From: Planctomycetota bacterium
GTDB taxonomy: Bacteria; Planctomycetota; UBA1135; UBA2386
NCBI GenBank assembly: GCA_965223545.1
Contig: OZ245006.1
Coordinates: 4,224,001 to 4,288,000 of the forward strand
Length of the DNA stretch: 64,000 bases
Direction: 5' to 3'
Part shown: piece after piece, positions 1 to 7,441 of the stretch
How positions within the stretch are numbered: the stretch's first letter is position 1
Layout: every line of letters begins with the position of its first letter
Notes under the pieces: generated by a model
Databases searched by the model: none
Told to the model about the DNA's origin: nothing
Seen by the model: only the letters and a program-made list of their open reading frames with translations
Position numbers and translations under genes: made by a program

Positions 1-198
1 CGCGATGCCGAGCTCCGCACGGTCTTGGCGGACATCCTCGATCGCGGCGGGGTGGACTACGTCATCGGTCCGTCGGTCTCCGGGCCGGTCTCGATGCGGC
101 TCACCGGACTGCCGTGGCGGGCCGCGGCCGAGCGGCTGGCTGCCGCTGCTGGCATCCAGCTCGAGGTCGACGACCGCGGGGTCTGGCTGGCGCGGTGA
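1..198 (+). CDS. 3' end of a protein with a C-terminal STN / secretin-N0-like domain (5' truncated by the window)
   Basis: Frame 1 is open from base 1: RDAELRTVLADILDRGGVDYVIGPSVSGPVSMRLTGLPWRAAAERLAAAAGIQLEVDDRGVWLAR*. This resembles the STN/N0 pattern. TGA at 196-198. Confidence 0.55.
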   Translation, partial: RDAELRTVLADILDRGGVDYVIGPSVSGPVSMRLTGLPWRAAAERLAAAAGIQLEVDDRGVWLAR

Positions 199-371
199 GC
201 CTCCGGCGCCTCGAATCTTCGAGCTTCGACAACATTCTCGAGGCGACGTCGCTGCCATGGCGACAACGCCGCCGCGCCGGAGGCTCGGAGAGACAGTGCC
301 TCCTGGCTCAGCGCGGCGGCGGATGGGTCGGACCTTCCAAACCGCGCCGGCAAGAGCGGCATCCGAGTTTG
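190..371 (+). repeat. Family-A hairpin repeat, divergent copy 1, plus linker; interrupted at 371/372 by the IS110
   Basis: gcgcggtgagcc...ggctcagcgcggc ends. The linker ggcggatgggtcggaccttcca...ccggcaagagcggcatccgagtttg resembles 2456-2500 and 3744-3767. Confidence 0.8.
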
Positions 372-386
372 ATATCTCCTAAGTCA

Positions 387-392
387 TGTCAA
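387..392 (-). promoter_or_regulatory. Outward-facing -35 box (TTGACA) in the IS right end; pairs with TATGTG (2309-2304) after circularisation
   Basis: The minus-strand circle junction reads TTGACA-tgacttaggagatat|gg-TATGTG, a 17-nt spacer with TGn directly before the -10. Confidence 0.75.
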
Positions 393-434
393 GGGGTTTT
401 CGCTGGGGCTCGACATCGCGTGTGCACGGCTTGT

Positions 435-1937
435 TCAGGACTCTTCCACAAGACCAGGGAAGTGTTCTTGCATGAGATCACCGATCGGGTGAGGTTGACG
501 TGGGGATTCCACGGCCAGGCCTGTGGCGTCCATTGGGCGGCCACTCAAGTCCCTCGTCGTCGGAGTCCCCACTCGTCCCTGTCGCCGTTGGTCGCGCTCA
601 TGCCGCTGTGGCGCGACGATGCTGCGCGTGAACTTGGCTGCGATGAGCGCGCGCGCGGCAACCTTCGTGAGCTCGTTGCCGTCGGCGTCTCGCAGGACGT
701 AGCGGACTTGCGTCGACGCCGGCTTGTCATCGGCGCGCTGGCTGTCGCGACGCTTCAGGAGGGCGTAGACGCGGCGCGCCATCTTGCCAGCCAATGCGAT
801 GAGGATGAGGTTGTGGTGATCACCTGCGGCGTAGCGGCGAGCGTAGTACGCCGCGAAATCCGGATCCCACTGGCGAGCGACGTCAGCTGCTAGGTAGAGG
901 TACTTCTTGAGTACTCGTTGGCCGGTTTTGGTGATTGGCATCGAGGGGTCGCTCATGCCCGTCTGCTTCCGGCGTGGACACAGTCCGCAGTAGCTCACGA
1001 ACTTCTTGCCGTTCGAGAACCGCGCGATGTCGCCTACCAAGGCTTCGATGGCCGCAGCGATCGTGGGACCGACGCCGCGCAGTTGCTCGAGTGTTCGGTC
1101 AGGATCGACGCCCAGGTAGAGCTTCTTGATCTTTGCGTCGAGCTTGCGAACGTCCGTGTTCTTGCGCTCGATCTCATCCAGCTCGTACACCACATCCTCT
1201 TGGATGGCCTCGTAGTCGAACGGCATCTGCCCCGCAGCTCGCAGCTCAGCGTAGTACTCGGCGGCCTGTCGGCAGGACTCGAGCACGCGGTCGACCAAGC
1301 ACGGGTCATGCGTTCCCTTGGATCGCTTCGTCAAGAAGCGCTCCAAGCGACTCTTCCCAAGGCCGACCGCTTTCACCGGATCGACGTAGCGCCGCAGAAA
1401 CCCCATCTTAGCGGCACTGAACTTCTCTGCCCCCAAGGCCTTCATGAGGCTGGGATTCGCCAGTACCAGTATCGCGTGCACACGACGCTTGTGGTCGCTG
1501 AGCTCGCGCGCCAACCGCTCACGCCGCTTCACGAGTCGACGGATCGTCGTCTCGTCGGCAGTTGGAACACGCAGCTGGTGGACGCCCTTTGGATCCATCT
1601 GCGGCAGACGCGCAGCGGCCTCGGCGTCTACTACGTCGGTTTTGGTGTGCTTGCTATAGAACTTCCGCAGGTCGCTCAGCTTCTGTGGTTTGCTCACGTA
1701 GATCTGGAACCCTGCGGCGTTCACGTGCGCCGCGATGGGCAGCCACGCCAACCCCGTTGGTTCCATCACGAAGCTCACCGGACCCTCGGCACCTTCCTGT
1801 GCACGGCGCAGCAGAAGGTCAATACCCTCACGGCTGTTCTCGACTGAAAACGGTCTGCCCCGAGACTTCGCACCATCCAGAACGACGGCTCGGTGCTTGC
1901 TCCTCAAGCCGAGATCCAATCCAACGAATCGATTCAT
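435..1937 (-). CDS. IS110-family DEDD transposase/recombinase (500 aa)
   Basis: N-terminal RuvC-like motifs FVGLDLG, MEPTG and KTDVVDA. C-terminal Transposase_20 region LRGVGPTIAAAI...FVSYCGLCP...KTGQRVLKKYLYLAA...ALAGKMARRVYALL. GGAGG RBS upstream. Confidence 0.97.
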   Translation of the reverse strand: MNRFVGLDLGLRSKHRAVVLDGAKSRGRPFSVENSREGIDLLLRRAQEGAEGPVSFVMEPTGLAWLPIAAHVNAAGFQIYVSKPQKLSDLRKFYSKHTKTDVVDAEAAARLPQMDPKGVHQLRVPTADETTIRRLVKRRERLARELSDHKRRVHAILVLANPSLMKALGAEKFSAAKMGFLRRYVDPVKAVGLGKSRLERFLTKRSKGTHDPCLVDRVLESCRQAAEYYAELRAAGQMPFDYEAIQEDVVYELDEIERKNTDVRKLDAKIKKLYLGVDPDRTLEQLRGVGPTIAAAIEALVGDIARFSNGKKFVSYCGLCPRRKQTGMSDPSMPITKTGQRVLKKYLYLAADVARQWDPDFAAYYARRYAAGDHHNLILIALAGKMARRVYALLKRRDSQRADDKPASTQVRYVLRDADGNELTKVAARALIAAKFTRSIVAPQRHERDQRRQGRVGTPTTRDLSGRPMDATGLAVESPRQPHPIGDLMQEHFPGLVEES

Positions 1938-2009
1938 GTCCCCTCCATGTTCAACGAGTGAGTGTCGACGAGAGGACTCTCCCTACCCGCGCAGTCCGCC
2001 TGAGGAGGC

Positions 2010-2297
2010 GAGTCGCCAAAACGGTTCGTGTTTCGGGGCCGTGATTTCTCACGCCGCCAATCTCCTAAATCGGGTCCCCCACGCGGGAGGAGAGTCGCAG
2101 AACCAAATGAGGGGCCGCTCGAAGCGCCACCATTGCGGCAGATCGCGAAACCTCTCCGTCGCACGCCGGGGGACCCTAAGCTCTCTTGCGGCCGATGACC
2201 AGACTCCCGACACGACTCCTGCGGCTGCACCATCGCGCGAGTCTTCCACACCGCTACGGCGCGACGGGTGTGGAGAACTCTAGCTTCGCAGATCATG
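2010..2297 (-). ncRNA. Putative IS110 bridge RNA: 5' hairpin, target-binding loop and donor-binding loop (ends approximate)
   Basis: Lies in the 374-nt non-coding left end. Two analogous stem-loops (UGGnGGCG...CGGCCCC) are flanked by segments matching the target (2133-2139, 2101-2107) and the element ends (2060-2068, 2020-2031). Closing stem 2072-2080/2168-2176. 5' hairpin at about 2246-2273. Confidence 0.8.
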
Positions 2298-2311
2298 GAA
2301 CCACACATACC

Positions 2312-2526
2312 GTTGCGGCCCCGGCCGCGCTGAGCCTCGGGGGCCGAGAATGTTCGAGCGGCAACAACCTTTCGGAAGGCCCGTCGTCGCCGGGACTTCG
2401 ATACCGCAACTCCCGGAGGCTCGAAGACAACACTGGCCTCTGGGCTCAGCGCGGCGGCGGATGGGTTCGGCCTTCCAAGCTGCTCCGGCGAGAGCGGTTG
2501 GTTGCGGCCGTGGCCGCGCTGAGCTC
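2312..2526 (+). repeat. Family-A hairpin repeat copy 2 (core 2324-2455), linker and truncated start of the next unit
   Basis: 13-bp terminal IR gccgcgctgagcc/ggctcagcgcggc. Interior close to 3779-3912. Confidence 0.9.
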
Positions 2527-2859
2527 GGTGCCCCCGGCCGCCGCTGGGGCGCGGGCCGCCGCCGGGCGCGCCGCGCTTTGGTCTTCTGACCCCGGGATTG
2601 GACAGCAGCGGGCCCCCTCGCTACTCTCCGACCTTTCGTCTGCCACGAACCCGGAGTGAAACCTGGAGCGCGGCGCCCCTGGTACGCAGGGACCGACCGC
2701 GCTCAGTGCCATCGATCGGGGTTGTGTCGACTCCGGTGAATCGGTCGCCGTCGGCCATGGGCCACGGGGCGAGATCCACCTCCTTTGTTTCACGGCCGGG
2801 CAAGGGCGCTCACTCCTGCGCCGGCCTTCCCGAATGGCACCGCCTGAAATCTCCGAGTC

Positions 2860-3378
2860 ATGAGCAAGCGCATTTTCGTCGGCAACCTGAATTACGACAC
2901 CACCGAGGACAACTTGGCCGCCGCCTTCGAGGGGCAGGGCTACAAGTTGGGCAGCTGTCGGATCGTCTTGGACCGTGATACCGGCCGCTCGCGCGGCTTC
3001 GCCTTCGTCGAGGTCGCCGAGGGCGTCGATGCCGACGCCGCCATGCAGGCGTTGGACGGCCACGAAGTCGACGGTCGTCCGCTCCGCGTCAACGAGGCCA
3101 CCGAACGTCCGCGCCGCGAGCGCCCCGCCTTCGGCGGTGGTGGTGGCGGCGGCGGCGGTTACGGCGGCGGCGGGGGCGGCTACGGCGGCGGCGGGGGTGG
3201 CTACGGCGGCGGCCGGCGCGGTGGTGACCGCGGTCGGCGCGGCGGCGGCCATGGCGACCGCGGTCGTCGTGGCGGCGGCGGTGGCTTCGGCGGCGGCGGT
3301 GGCGGTGGCGGCGGAGGCGGCGGTGGTCGTGGCCGCCGCGGCCGCGACGAGCACTACGACAGCCGCGAGGAGTGGTGA
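2860..3378 (+). CDS. RRM RNA-binding protein with Gly/Arg-rich tail
   Basis: RNP2 IFVGNL, RNP1 RGFAFVEV, LRVNEA, then a GGGGYGGG/RGG tail. Confidence 0.95.
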   Translation: MSKRIFVGNLNYDTTEDNLAAAFEGQGYKLGSCRIVLDRDTGRSRGFAFVEVAEGVDADAAMQALDGHEVDGRPLRVNEATERPRRERPAFGGGGGGGGGYGGGGGGYGGGGGGYGGGRRGGDRGRRGGGHGDRGRRGGGGGFGGGGGGGGGGGGGRGRRGRDEHYDSREEW

Positions 3379-3483
3379 CCTCGCCGCGGCCGTTGTGCCG
3401 CTGGCATCGTGTGATTGGAGCCCCGATCGCTCCCGCTGTCGCCACTCCCCGCCGCCACCGAAACAACACGGAGTCACCCTGAC

Positions 3484-3708
3484 ATGGCAGATTCGTTTCA
3501 GAAGAGAAACCGGGAACGGCGGAAGCAGCAGCGCCGCCGCGACAAGGCGATCCGCAAAGAGGAGCGCAAGTTTCTGGAACCGCCGGAGGAGGGGATGTCG
3601 GCCGCTGAGCTCGAGGAGATGTTCGAGCAGGCGATCCGGCAGCGCGAGGCGGGCGACGAAGAGGAAGAGGGTGGCGAGGGCGAGGACACCGTCGTCGATC
3701 GCACCTGA
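3484..3708 (+). CDS. Small highly charged hypothetical protein
   Basis: MADSFQKRNRERRKQQRRRDKAIRKEERK..., acidic C-terminus, GGAG RBS, host-like codon usage. Confidence 0.7.
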   Translation: MADSFQKRNRERRKQQRRRDKAIRKEERKFLEPPEEGMSAAELEEMFEQAIRQREAGDEEEEGGEGEDTVVDRT

Positions 3709-3758
3709 CGCTAGTCTCCGGCGCCACGAATCGTCGAGCCGCTCCGGCAAGAGCGGCT

Positions 3759-4195
3759 CCGAGTTTGGTTGCGGCCCCGGCCGCGCTGAGCCTCAGGGTC
3801 CGCAAGTCTTCGCGCGGCAACAACCTTTCGGAAGGCTCGATGCCGCTGGAACTTCGACAACGCAGCTCCCGGAGGCTCGAAGACGACACTGGCCTCTGGG
3901 CTCAGCGCGGCCGCCGGCGACCGCGGGACCCGCGACCGACGCTCGGGTCGCGGAATGCTCCGTGTTTGGTTGCGCCCCCGGCCGCGGTGAGCCTCAGGGT
4001 CCGCAAGTCTTCGCGCGGCGACAACCTTTCGGAAGGCTCGATGCCGCTGGAACTTCGATACCGCAGCTCCCGGAGGCTCGAAGACAACACTGGCCTCTGG
4101 GCTCAGCGCGGCCGCCGGCGACCGCGGGATCCGCGACCGACGCTCGGGTCGCGGAATGCTCCGTGTTTGGTTGCGCCCCCGGCCGCGGTGAGCGT
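3759..4195 (+). repeat. Family-A tandem array with a 201-bp period (cores 3779-3912 and 3980-4113, partial third unit)
   Basis: tttggttgcg recurs at 3764, 3965 and 4166. Units are nearly identical. Linker hairpin ccgcgacc...ggtcgcgg. Confidence 0.95.
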
Positions 4196-4348
4196 GCGGT
4201 CGGGGTTCTCGAATTGAGAGCGCGTCGCTCGGCGTCGCGTCTCCGCAGCGGACCTTCCGACGACGCCGCGAGTTGACCGCCCGAGCACGGCGCGGTCCCG
4301 CGCCCGGCAGTGGTTTTTCGGCTCCGCCGTCGGTGCAGGAACCTCCGT

Positions 4349-5647
4349 ATGTGGCCGATCAGCGGGGCACGTGGAGGCGCTGTCTTGCTGTTGATCCTGA
4401 GCCCACATCGCGTCGGCGTGCGTGGCGACCGCTACGCACTGGACGCCGACCTTCATCGAGAGCTTTGTTGCTATGCCGAGCGGCTGGGGGGCGCGGTGGC
4501 GTGCCTCGCCGTCCGGGAGACCGACGATGACGGCGCCACCGACGGTGGCACCATCGTCCTCGCGCCGGCAGAGCTGCCCTACGAGCTCCGTCTCGTCGAC
4601 AGCGAGGCCGGCGGCGGGCGGAGCGAGGCGCTGCGCGCGGAGCTCGCGGGCCAACTCGAGGGTGTGACGCTGGTGGCCGGCGCGGCGACGGACGCGATGG
4701 CCGCGACCGTGTTCGAGATCGCCGGAGAACGCCAAGTGCCGTGCGTGCCGCTGGTGGACGACACGGGTGATGTGTTCGGCGGGGCTGCCGGGGTCGGAAT
4801 CGTCGGCCGCGTGCTGGGTGCGATGCGCAGTCATGCGCAGCAGCGACAAGTGCGCAAACAGCTCCGCGGTGCCGCGGCGGTCCAATGCGTCGGCTTCACC
4901 GCCCATGAGCAGTGCGTCGCTCTCAACCCCGACGCCGTGGTCGTGCTGCACTCTCGCCTGCACGCCGAAGAGGTCGTCTCCGTCGAGCGAGTGCACCGGC
5001 GCGTGGCCTCGCTGCACAACGGCCGGCGCCCGAGGCTGTTCTGGGCGGGCCATCTCGAGGAGGAGCGCGGCGTGTTGGAGATCGTCGGCCTCGCTCTCGA
5101 GCTGCGCCGGTTGGGGCAGGATTTCCGATTGCAGATCTTCGGCCGCGGCTCGCTGCGCGGCGAGATCGAGCGGCGCATCGAGCAGGAAGGCGCCCAGCGT
5201 TTCGTCGAGGTTCACGGGCCGCTGTCCTGGGCGGACCAGCGGCAGGTCATGAACCAGTCGGACCTGTCGCTCAGCTTCGGCTACGCGCCCGGCGTCGTGC
5301 GCCCGGTGCTGGAGGCGATGGGCGCGGGGTTGCCCGTCCTGGGCCCGTCCTGCGGGTCTCTGGGCCTGCTCGCCGACATGTCGTCGGCGTGTGTCGTGGT
5401 CCCGGAGGACAACGTCGCCGCCGCGGCGCGAGCGGCCCGCCGGGTGCTGCGCGACCGCAGCCGACTGCTGTCGCTGTCCCTGGCGGCCCGGCGATTCGCG
5501 GGGGCGCACTGCGCGGAGCGACAGTGGGAGCGCCGCGTGGAGCACTGGCGCCCGTTGTTGGAACGCGTGCCCGCGCCGGCCGGCGCCGGCGAGCCGTCGG
5601 CCGCCACGCCGTCGGCCGCCGCGGAGCCGGTCTCGATCGAGAGCTGA
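4349..5647 (+). CDS. GT-B (GT4-like) glycosyltransferase, divergent
   Basis: LFWAGHLEEERG, LQIFGRGSLR, VLEAMGAGLPVL. ATG at 4349 chosen from the upstream AGGA. Confidence 0.75.
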   Translation: MWPISGARGGAVLLLILSPHRVGVRGDRYALDADLHRELCCYAERLGGAVACLAVRETDDDGATDGGTIVLAPAELPYELRLVDSEAGGGRSEALRAELAGQLEGVTLVAGAATDAMAATVFEIAGERQVPCVPLVDDTGDVFGGAAGVGIVGRVLGAMRSHAQQRQVRKQLRGAAAVQCVGFTAHEQCVALNPDAVVVLHSRLHAEEVVSVERVHRRVASLHNGRRPRLFWAGHLEEERGVLEIVGLALELRRLGQDFRLQIFGRGSLRGEIERRIEQEGAQRFVEVHGPLSWADQRQVMNQSDLSLSFGYAPGVVRPVLEAMGAGLPVLGPSCGSLGLLADMSSACVVVPEDNVAAAARAARRVLRDRSRLLSLSLAARRFAGAHCAERQWERRVEHWRPLLERVPAPAGAGEPSAATPSAAAEPVSIES

Positions 5648-5744
5648 TGGCGCGCGCCCCTTGTGGGCCGCGGCGGAGCGGGTCTATGGTGGCACAGCGG
5701 CCGGCCATGACCCGTCGCCGCGCGAACAAGGAGCACCCGTTGCC

Positions 5745-6176
5745 ATGCCCGCAGAAGACGATCCACGCCAGAAATCGGACGAAGACTGGGCAGCGGAGCT
5801 CTCGAGCCAAGAGTTCCAGGTAACGCGGCGCGGGGGCACGGAGCCCGCCTTCACCGGTCGCTATTGGGACGAGAAGCGGGCCGGCACCTACCTCTGCGTG
5901 TGCTGCCGGACTCCCCTGTTTCGCTCGGAGACCAAGTTCGACTCGGGCACCGGCTGGCCGAGCTTTACCGCGCCGGTGCGGCCGGCGTCGGTGGAGCGCG
6001 TGGCGGACGATAGCCACGGCATGCAGCGGACGGAGGTGACCTGTGCGCGCTGCGCCGCGCACCTCGGCCATGTGTTCCCCGATGGGCCCGCACCGACCGG
6101 CCAGCGCTACTGCATCAACTCGGCGGCCCTGTCCCTCGCCGAGGACGGCGAAGAGTCGGGCGGCGCGGAGAAGTAA
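5745..6176 (+). CDS. msrB: Peptide-methionine (R)-S-oxide reductase
   Basis: GTEPAFTG, CVCC, KFDSGTGWPSF, RTEVTCARCAAHLGHVFPDGP, RYCINS. Confidence 0.97.
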   Translation: MPAEDDPRQKSDEDWAAELSSQEFQVTRRGGTEPAFTGRYWDEKRAGTYLCVCCRTPLFRSETKFDSGTGWPSFTAPVRPASVERVADDSHGMQRTEVTCARCAAHLGHVFPDGPAPTGQRYCINSAALSLAEDGEESGGAEK

Positions 6177-6349
6177 GGGGAGGGCTGCGCGCCGGCGAGC
6201 TCCCCCCTTTCGGGGCCCCGACCGCTGCACGTGGACCGTGCCAGTACGCCGGGTCCGCCCCCGCCTGTTTCTTTTGTTCTCGCCTCACCGCATACTGAGG
6301 CTTCCCCGCTGCGGTCAGGGCGGTCCGCGCCGCCAAGCGGGAGCTTCGG

Positions 6350-7300
6350 ATGGTGCGCTGGGCGGCAAAGAAACACCGGTCGGGTGGTGCAGGGCGATCG
6401 TCGCTCGGGCCCCAAGCCCGCGGGATCTTCGACCGGCTGTTCGGTGCTGCGGCGACGCCGGAGAGCCGGTCGGCCACCGCCGAGGCCCTCAGCGTGGCGA
6501 TTGCCTCGGGCAAGGGCGGCACCGGCAAGTCGTTCTTGGCCACCAATCTGGGCGTGCTGCTGCACCAGGCCGGGCGCCGCGTCTGCATCGTGGATTGTGA
6601 CTTCGGGTTGGCCTGCGACCACCTGCTGCTCGGTGTGTCGCCCCGGTTGACCCTGCAGGACTACGTCTCCGGACGCGCCAACATGGCGGACCTGACGATC
6701 GATACCCCGGCTGGACCGCGGCTGGTGCCCGGTGCGCAGGGGGTGCGCCGCATGGCCAGTCTGACCGACGCGGAGCTGCTGCGCTTGGCGCATGGGCTCG
6801 GCGAGGCGGCCGCCGACCACGACGTGATGATCTTGGACGTCGGGGCGGGGATTTCGCCGCAGACCATGTTGACGATGCTGGCTGCCGACCACCTTGTGCT
6901 GGTCACCGAGCCGGAGATCGCGGCGCTGACCGACGCGTACGCGGTCATCAAGTGCATTGCCCAGCTGCGACAGCAGGTGGAATTCTCGGTGGTCGTCAAC
7001 CGAGTCGCCGCGCCGGGACAGGGCCGCGCGACGTTTGCCAAGCTCGACGACGTCTCACAAAGATACACAGGGGTCACCCTGCGTTATCTGGGAGAGGTCG
7101 GATTCGATCCCGCGGTGACCCACCGCCGGTTGGGGCAACGCCCGCTGTCCGTGTCCGATCCCGCCGGTGCCACCGCGGCGGCGCTGCGGTGTGTGACCGC
7201 TCGGCTAGAGGGTGTCGTGGGGGGTTTTGGTCCAAGATCCGTCGCACCAGATGAAGGCATCGAAAGTCGGTTCCGCTCGCACCGTTTGTTCGTGACCTGA
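6350..7300 (+). CDS. MinD/FlhG-family ATPase
   Basis: ASGKGGTGKS deviant Walker A, VDCDFGLA, ILDVGAGI, TEPEIAALTDAYAVIK. Confidence 0.9.
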   Translation: MVRWAAKKHRSGGAGRSSLGPQARGIFDRLFGAAATPESRSATAEALSVAIASGKGGTGKSFLATNLGVLLHQAGRRVCIVDCDFGLACDHLLLGVSPRLTLQDYVSGRANMADLTIDTPAGPRLVPGAQGVRRMASLTDAELLRLAHGLGEAAADHDVMILDVGAGISPQTMLTMLAADHLVLVTEPEIAALTDAYAVIKCIAQLRQQVEFSVVVNRVAAPGQGRATFAKLDDVSQRYTGVTLRYLGEVGFDPAVTHRRLGQRPLSVSDPAGATAAALRCVTARLEGVVGGFGPRSVAPDEGIESRFRSHRLFVT

Positions 7301-7441
7301 AGCGGAGGAGTCCCCTCTGGTTTTTGCGGGCATCGCGTGCGAAGAACACGTGCTCAGCGCGTGCTATTCTCCCTCGGGGAGGTTGGACCAGGTGGGCCCG
7401 TTGCCAGCCGGTTCTGACTCCCGGACAACTGGGCTAACGCC

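Larger units (their letters stand above)
372..2311 (-). mobile_element. IS110-family insertion sequence, complete, 1940 bp
   Basis: Joining the flanks (ccgagtttg + gttgcggccccggccgcgctgagcctc) exactly rebuilds the uninterrupted sequence at 3759-3794. No target-site duplication or terminal IRs. Visibly lower GC than the flanks. Encodes a DEDD recombinase. Confidence 0.92.

Noticed and set aside
372..2311. IS1111-type element with sub-terminal inverted repeats
   Set aside because: No convincing sub-terminal IRs, and the long non-coding region lies upstream of the ORF, as in IS110/IS621-type elements.
3130..3345. GGC-rich microsatellite-like tract
   Set aside because: It is the coding Gly-rich tail of the RRM protein.
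3759..4195. Possible CRISPR array
   Set aside because: The units are 201 bp and nearly identical along their whole length, with no unique spacers and no cas operon.
3765..4217. ORFs running through family-A repeats (also 2186..2659 and 5..382)
   Set aside because: No credible start or RBS. The open frames are explained by GC-rich repeats, and the conservation pattern fits base pairing better than codons.
6350..7300. Plasmid/partition or flagellar locus
   Set aside because: A lone FlhG/MinD-type ATPase with no parB, flhF or flagellar neighbours; this is common and not informative.
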